From Candidatus Sumerlaeia bacterium (GTDB lineage: Bacteria > Sumerlaeota > Sumerlaeia > SLMS01): a DNA stretch of 28,407 nucleotides. Below the pieces are notes generated by a model, which worked only from the letters and a program-made list of their open reading frames with translations, did no database searches and was not told the origin of the DNA. The position numbers were made by a program, and so were the translations under genes. The stretch lies in contig JBBQYG010000040.1 in the NCBI GenBank assembly GCA_038208905.1, positions 1 through 28,407 on the forward strand, given 5' to 3'. This document shows positions 25,402-28,407 of this stretch, piece by piece (the first letter of the stretch is position 1; the number at the start of each line of letters is the position of its first letter).

Positions 25402-26724
25402 ATGAAGACCCGACTGCACCTTGCCGTTCTCATCCTCGTCGCCTTCGGTGGGCGGCTCTCCGCGCAGGACCCCGTCCTCATTCTGGAGGACAAGCCGCAG
25501 ATCCAGGGGAAGACACGCGCCCGCCCCACGCCAGCGGCAGGCGACGCCACAAGCACCGCGGTTGCCGCCCCTACGCCGCGTCCAGAGGAAGTCATGGTCG
25601 CGATCGTCAACTCGCGGGTGCTGACGCGGGCAGATATTCAAATCCGCGTCACCGACCAGTTCGACAGGCTCCAGGCGGAGGTCCAAAGCCGCGTCGGCGG
25701 AGTTGTCGCCACCATTGACCCGAGCCGGACGGCTCCACTGGCGCCCGAGGAGATCCTCGAGGAGGCGCTCGTAACTCAGGAGCAGCAGACTGCCCTGGAT
25801 AGGGTGATGAAGATCGAGGAGGAGAGCGCGCTCATGGCCTGGGTGGAGCACTCGCTTCTCGCCGAGGAGGCCCGCCGCCAAGGTGTCGTGGTCGAAGAGC
25901 GCGAGTTCCGCGAGCGCTTGGCCGGCGCCGAGAAGGAGAGCGAGGTCACCGCTGCCGACGTGGACCGCGTTCTCTCCCACGTCAGGATGTCCCGCGCCGA
26001 CTACGAGAGTTCCGTCTATGACGCTCTGCGCATCGAGAAGATGATTGATCGCTTCATCGCGCTCAACTACGACGAAAAGTACCTGCGCGACGCCTACGAA
26101 AAGAATCCCGCCTTGTACTACGAGCCCGCAAAGTCCCTCATCGCGCACTTCGCCATCACGCTGACGGGGACGGAGACGCGCGACCGGACGCGGGACCTGC
26201 GCAATGTTGCCCGCGACCTGAGGGCGCGGCTACTGAAGAACGAAGACCCCGATATCCTGTTCAAGCTCCCCGAGTTCGACCGCCCCGAGGAAGGTATCCT
26301 TGGCGGCGTCCCCGGGTGGTATCACTTTCACGAGGGCGAGCTGCCGCCCCAAGTGGCTGCCGCCGCGATCAAGCTCAAGAAGGGCGAAACCACCGACGTG
26401 ATCATCCAGCAGTCCCGCGTCGACGGAGAGGTCGTCCCCACATCCATGCACGTGGTCAAGATCATGGACCAGCGCGAGCCGGCGGGACTGACCTTCGAGA
26501 GCGCCCAGCCCGCCATCCGCCGCGCACTGCTCGAGATCGGGCGCACCCGCCTCCTCCAGCAAATCCGCGACGCCCGCACGCATCGGGTGATCACCAACCT
26601 GTCCGGCATCCCCGGGCGACTGGTGCCATCGCCAGAGGACCTGATGATGCAGGAAAAGAAGGCGAATCCAATCAGCCTGTATATACCGAGGGACAACCCG
26701 GAGCCAGCGCAGGCAGTCCAGTAG
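25402..26724 (+). CDS. SurA/PrsA-like chaperone with a degenerate parvulin PPIase domain
   Basis: Signal peptide, Pro/Thr/Ala linker, [25 protein letters not shown]....A..LKKGE, HVVKI. Confidence 0.8.
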   Translation: MKTRLHLAVLILVAFGGRLSAQDPVLILEDKPQIQGKTRARPTPAAGDATSTAVAAPTPRPEEVMVAIVNSRVLTRADIQIRVTDQFDRLQAEVQSRVGGVVATIDPSRTAPLAPEEILEEALVTQEQQTALDRVMKIEEESALMAWVEHSLLAEEARRQGVVVEEREFRERLAGAEKESEVTAADVDRVLSHVRMSRADYESSVYDALRIEKMIDRFIALNYDEKYLRDAYEKNPALYYEPAKSLIAHFAITLTGTETRDRTRDLRNVARDLRARLLKNEDPDILFKLPEFDRPEEGILGGVPGWYHFHEGELPPQVAAAAIKLKKGETTDVIIQQSRVDGEVVPTSMHVVKIMDQREPAGLTFESAQPAIRRALLEIGRTRLLQQIRDARTHRVITNLSGIPGRLVPSPEDLMMQEKKANPISLYIPRDNPEPAQAVQ

Positions 26725-26773
26725 CCGTGCCAATATTCCCCCCCTCCGCGGCGGAAGCAGGAACTTCCATCCC

Positions 26774-28036
26774 ATGATCGCCGCGCCACTTCCCGAAAAC
26801 GAGGCCCAACGGCTTGCGGCGCTTCACGCCTATGCCATTCTGGACACGGAGCCGGAGGATGACTTCGACCAGCTCACCGCCCTCGCGGCCTACATCAGCG
26901 GGACCCCAATCGCCCTCATCAGCCTGATCGATGCGAACCGCCAGTGGTTCAAGTCGCGCATCGGCATCGACTCGGAGGAAACCCCGCGGGAGCTGTCCTT
27001 CTGTGCCCACGCGATCCTCGATGATCAGATCATGGAGATTCACGATACATTGCTGGACGAGCGTTTCCACGATCATCCTCTGGTGGTAGAGGATCCTACT
27101 ATCCGATTCTATGCTGGCGCCCCGCTCCTGGATCCTCGCGGGCTCGCGATCGGCACGCTCTGCGTGATCGACCGCGTGCCGCGCACCCTGACCGCGGAGC
27201 AGCTCGCCGCACTGCGCACGCTAGGGCGCCAGGCAATCGCCCAGATGGAAATGCGCCGATCCATCGCCCACCTCGCCCGAAACATGATCGAGCTCGACCG
27301 CGCCCACCACGAGCTTGCCGCCGCCCGCGACGCAGCGCTCGCCGCGACCCACTCCAAGAGCGCCTTCCTCGCCAACATGAGTCACGAGCTCCGCACGCCG
27401 CTCAACGCGATCCTTGGCTACAGCGAGATGCTGCGCGAGGACATGCAGGAGCGCGGCGACGCACCTTCTGTCGCCGCGCTCGATAAAATCCGCGGATCGG
27501 GGAAGCACCTCCTCGCGCTCATCGACGATATCCTCGACCTCTCCAAGGTCGAGGCCGGGCGCATGGAACTCCATGTTGAGGAGATCGATCTCGCCACCCT
27601 CCTCTCGGAGATCGCCGACACGGCGGCGATCCTCGCGGAGAAGAACGGCAACTCCGTCGTCCTCGATGCTCCGGCGGAGCTCGGAATGATGCGCGGCGAC
27701 TTGATGAAGGTTCGGCAGATTCTGCTCAACCTTGTCTCCAACGCCTGCAAGTTCGCCACCGGCGGCACCGTCTCCATCGCGGCCCGGCGGGAGGCCGATC
27801 ACTTTCGCCTGAGCGTTTCCGACACCGGGATCGGCATGACGCCGGAGCAGATGTCGCGCCTCTTCGGAGACTTTGTCCAGGCCGACTCCTCCACCACGCG
27901 CAAATTCGGCGGAACCGGCCTTGGCCTCGCAATCAGCAGGCGATTCGCAACCATGATGGGCGGCGATATATCCGTGGAAAGCAAACCCGGCAATGGTTCC
28001 ACATTCACCGTGCTTCTCCCGGCGAGGGCGGACTGA
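26774..28036 (+). CDS. GAF sensor histidine kinase
   Basis: [26 protein letters not shown] (GAF); [14 protein letters not shown] (H box), NL.SNA.KF, DTGIGM, GGTGLGL. Confidence 0.96.
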   Translation: MIAAPLPENEAQRLAALHAYAILDTEPEDDFDQLTALAAYISGTPIALISLIDANRQWFKSRIGIDSEETPRELSFCAHAILDDQIMEIHDTLLDERFHDHPLVVEDPTIRFYAGAPLLDPRGLAIGTLCVIDRVPRTLTAEQLAALRTLGRQAIAQMEMRRSIAHLARNMIELDRAHHELAAARDAALAATHSKSAFLANMSHELRTPLNAILGYSEMLREDMQERGDAPSVAALDKIRGSGKHLLALIDDILDLSKVEAGRMELHVEEIDLATLLSEIADTAAILAEKNGNSVVLDAPAELGMMRGDLMKVRQILLNLVSNACKFATGGTVSIAARREADHFRLSVSDTGIGMTPEQMSRLFGDFVQADSSTTRKFGGTGLGLAISRRFATMMGGDISVESKPGNGSTFTVLLPARAD

Positions 28037-28102
28037 AGAGCGCCAAGGCGATTGACCACGCGGCCCGGTGCCTGCAACTTCGCCGCTACTTTGGAGGCAT
28101 CT

Positions 28103-28407
28103 ATGGCTGACAAGTCGATAGGGCGAATCCTCATCGTGGACGACGTTCCGCTCAACCGCGAGCTGCTCGCGCTCAGGCTCGGACGGGCGGGCTATGCCAC
28201 CTTTCAGGCAGAGGACGGCCATGGCTGCCTCTCCCGCGTCGCAGAGGGTGGGATCGACATGGTCATCCTCGACGTGATGATGCCCGACATGTCGGGCATC
28301 GAGGTCCTCAAGATTTTGCGCGAGGGCCATTCGATGACGGACCTCCCCGTCATCATGGCCACCGCGCGGACCGAGAGCGACCACGTCGTGGAGGCCCTCA
28401 ACCTGGG
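28103..28407 (+). CDS. Response regulator receiver domain protein, 3'-partial
   Basis: Not in the ORF track. GGAGG RBS, then [14 protein letters not shown]...[15 protein letters not shown]...LPVIMATAR, running off the window. Confidence 0.93.
   Translation, partial: MADKSIGRILIVDDVPLNRELLALRLGRAGYATFQAEDGHGCLSRVAEGGIDMVILDVMMPDMSGIEVLKILREGHSMTDLPVIMATARTESDHVVEALNL

Noticed and set aside
1..28407. CRISPR arrays, tRNA/rRNA genes, transposases, integrases
   Set aside because: No regularly spaced repeats, cloverleaf signatures or recombinase motifs were seen by eye.

Overview
GC-rich bacterial window of about 24 genes, mostly housekeeping and envelope functions. A pilin-type motif tentatively points to Candidatus Sumerlaeota (BRC1) or a related lineage. 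Left to right: a partial divergent squalene/phytoene-synthase-fold gene, sodA, SRP RNA (ffs), rpmB, coaX, an M55 D-aminopeptidase, an aldo/keto reductase, rsmA coupled to an orphan Wzt ABC ATPase, a HAD phosphatase, an MDR/DUF58/membrane-protein operon lacking MoxR, a DegT aminotransferase, a GT4, and a stand-alone nusA with a leader hairpin. An accessory minus-strand block follows (15.2-21.2 kb): a split Cys-rich mini-protein behind a near-consensus sigma70 promoter, a multidomain secreted GH18, a frameshifted beta-lactamase-fold protein with CxxK in place of SxxK, and a 5'-truncated pilin-like fragment. The right end holds trpG/pabA, a hypothetical gene, a double-DTG aspartyl protease lipoprotein, a fasciclin, a bacterial PH protein, a SurA-like foldase, a GAF histidine kinase and a partial response regulator. 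No CRISPR array, tRNA, rRNA or transposase was seen. All family calls come from motif recognition by eye, not database searches.
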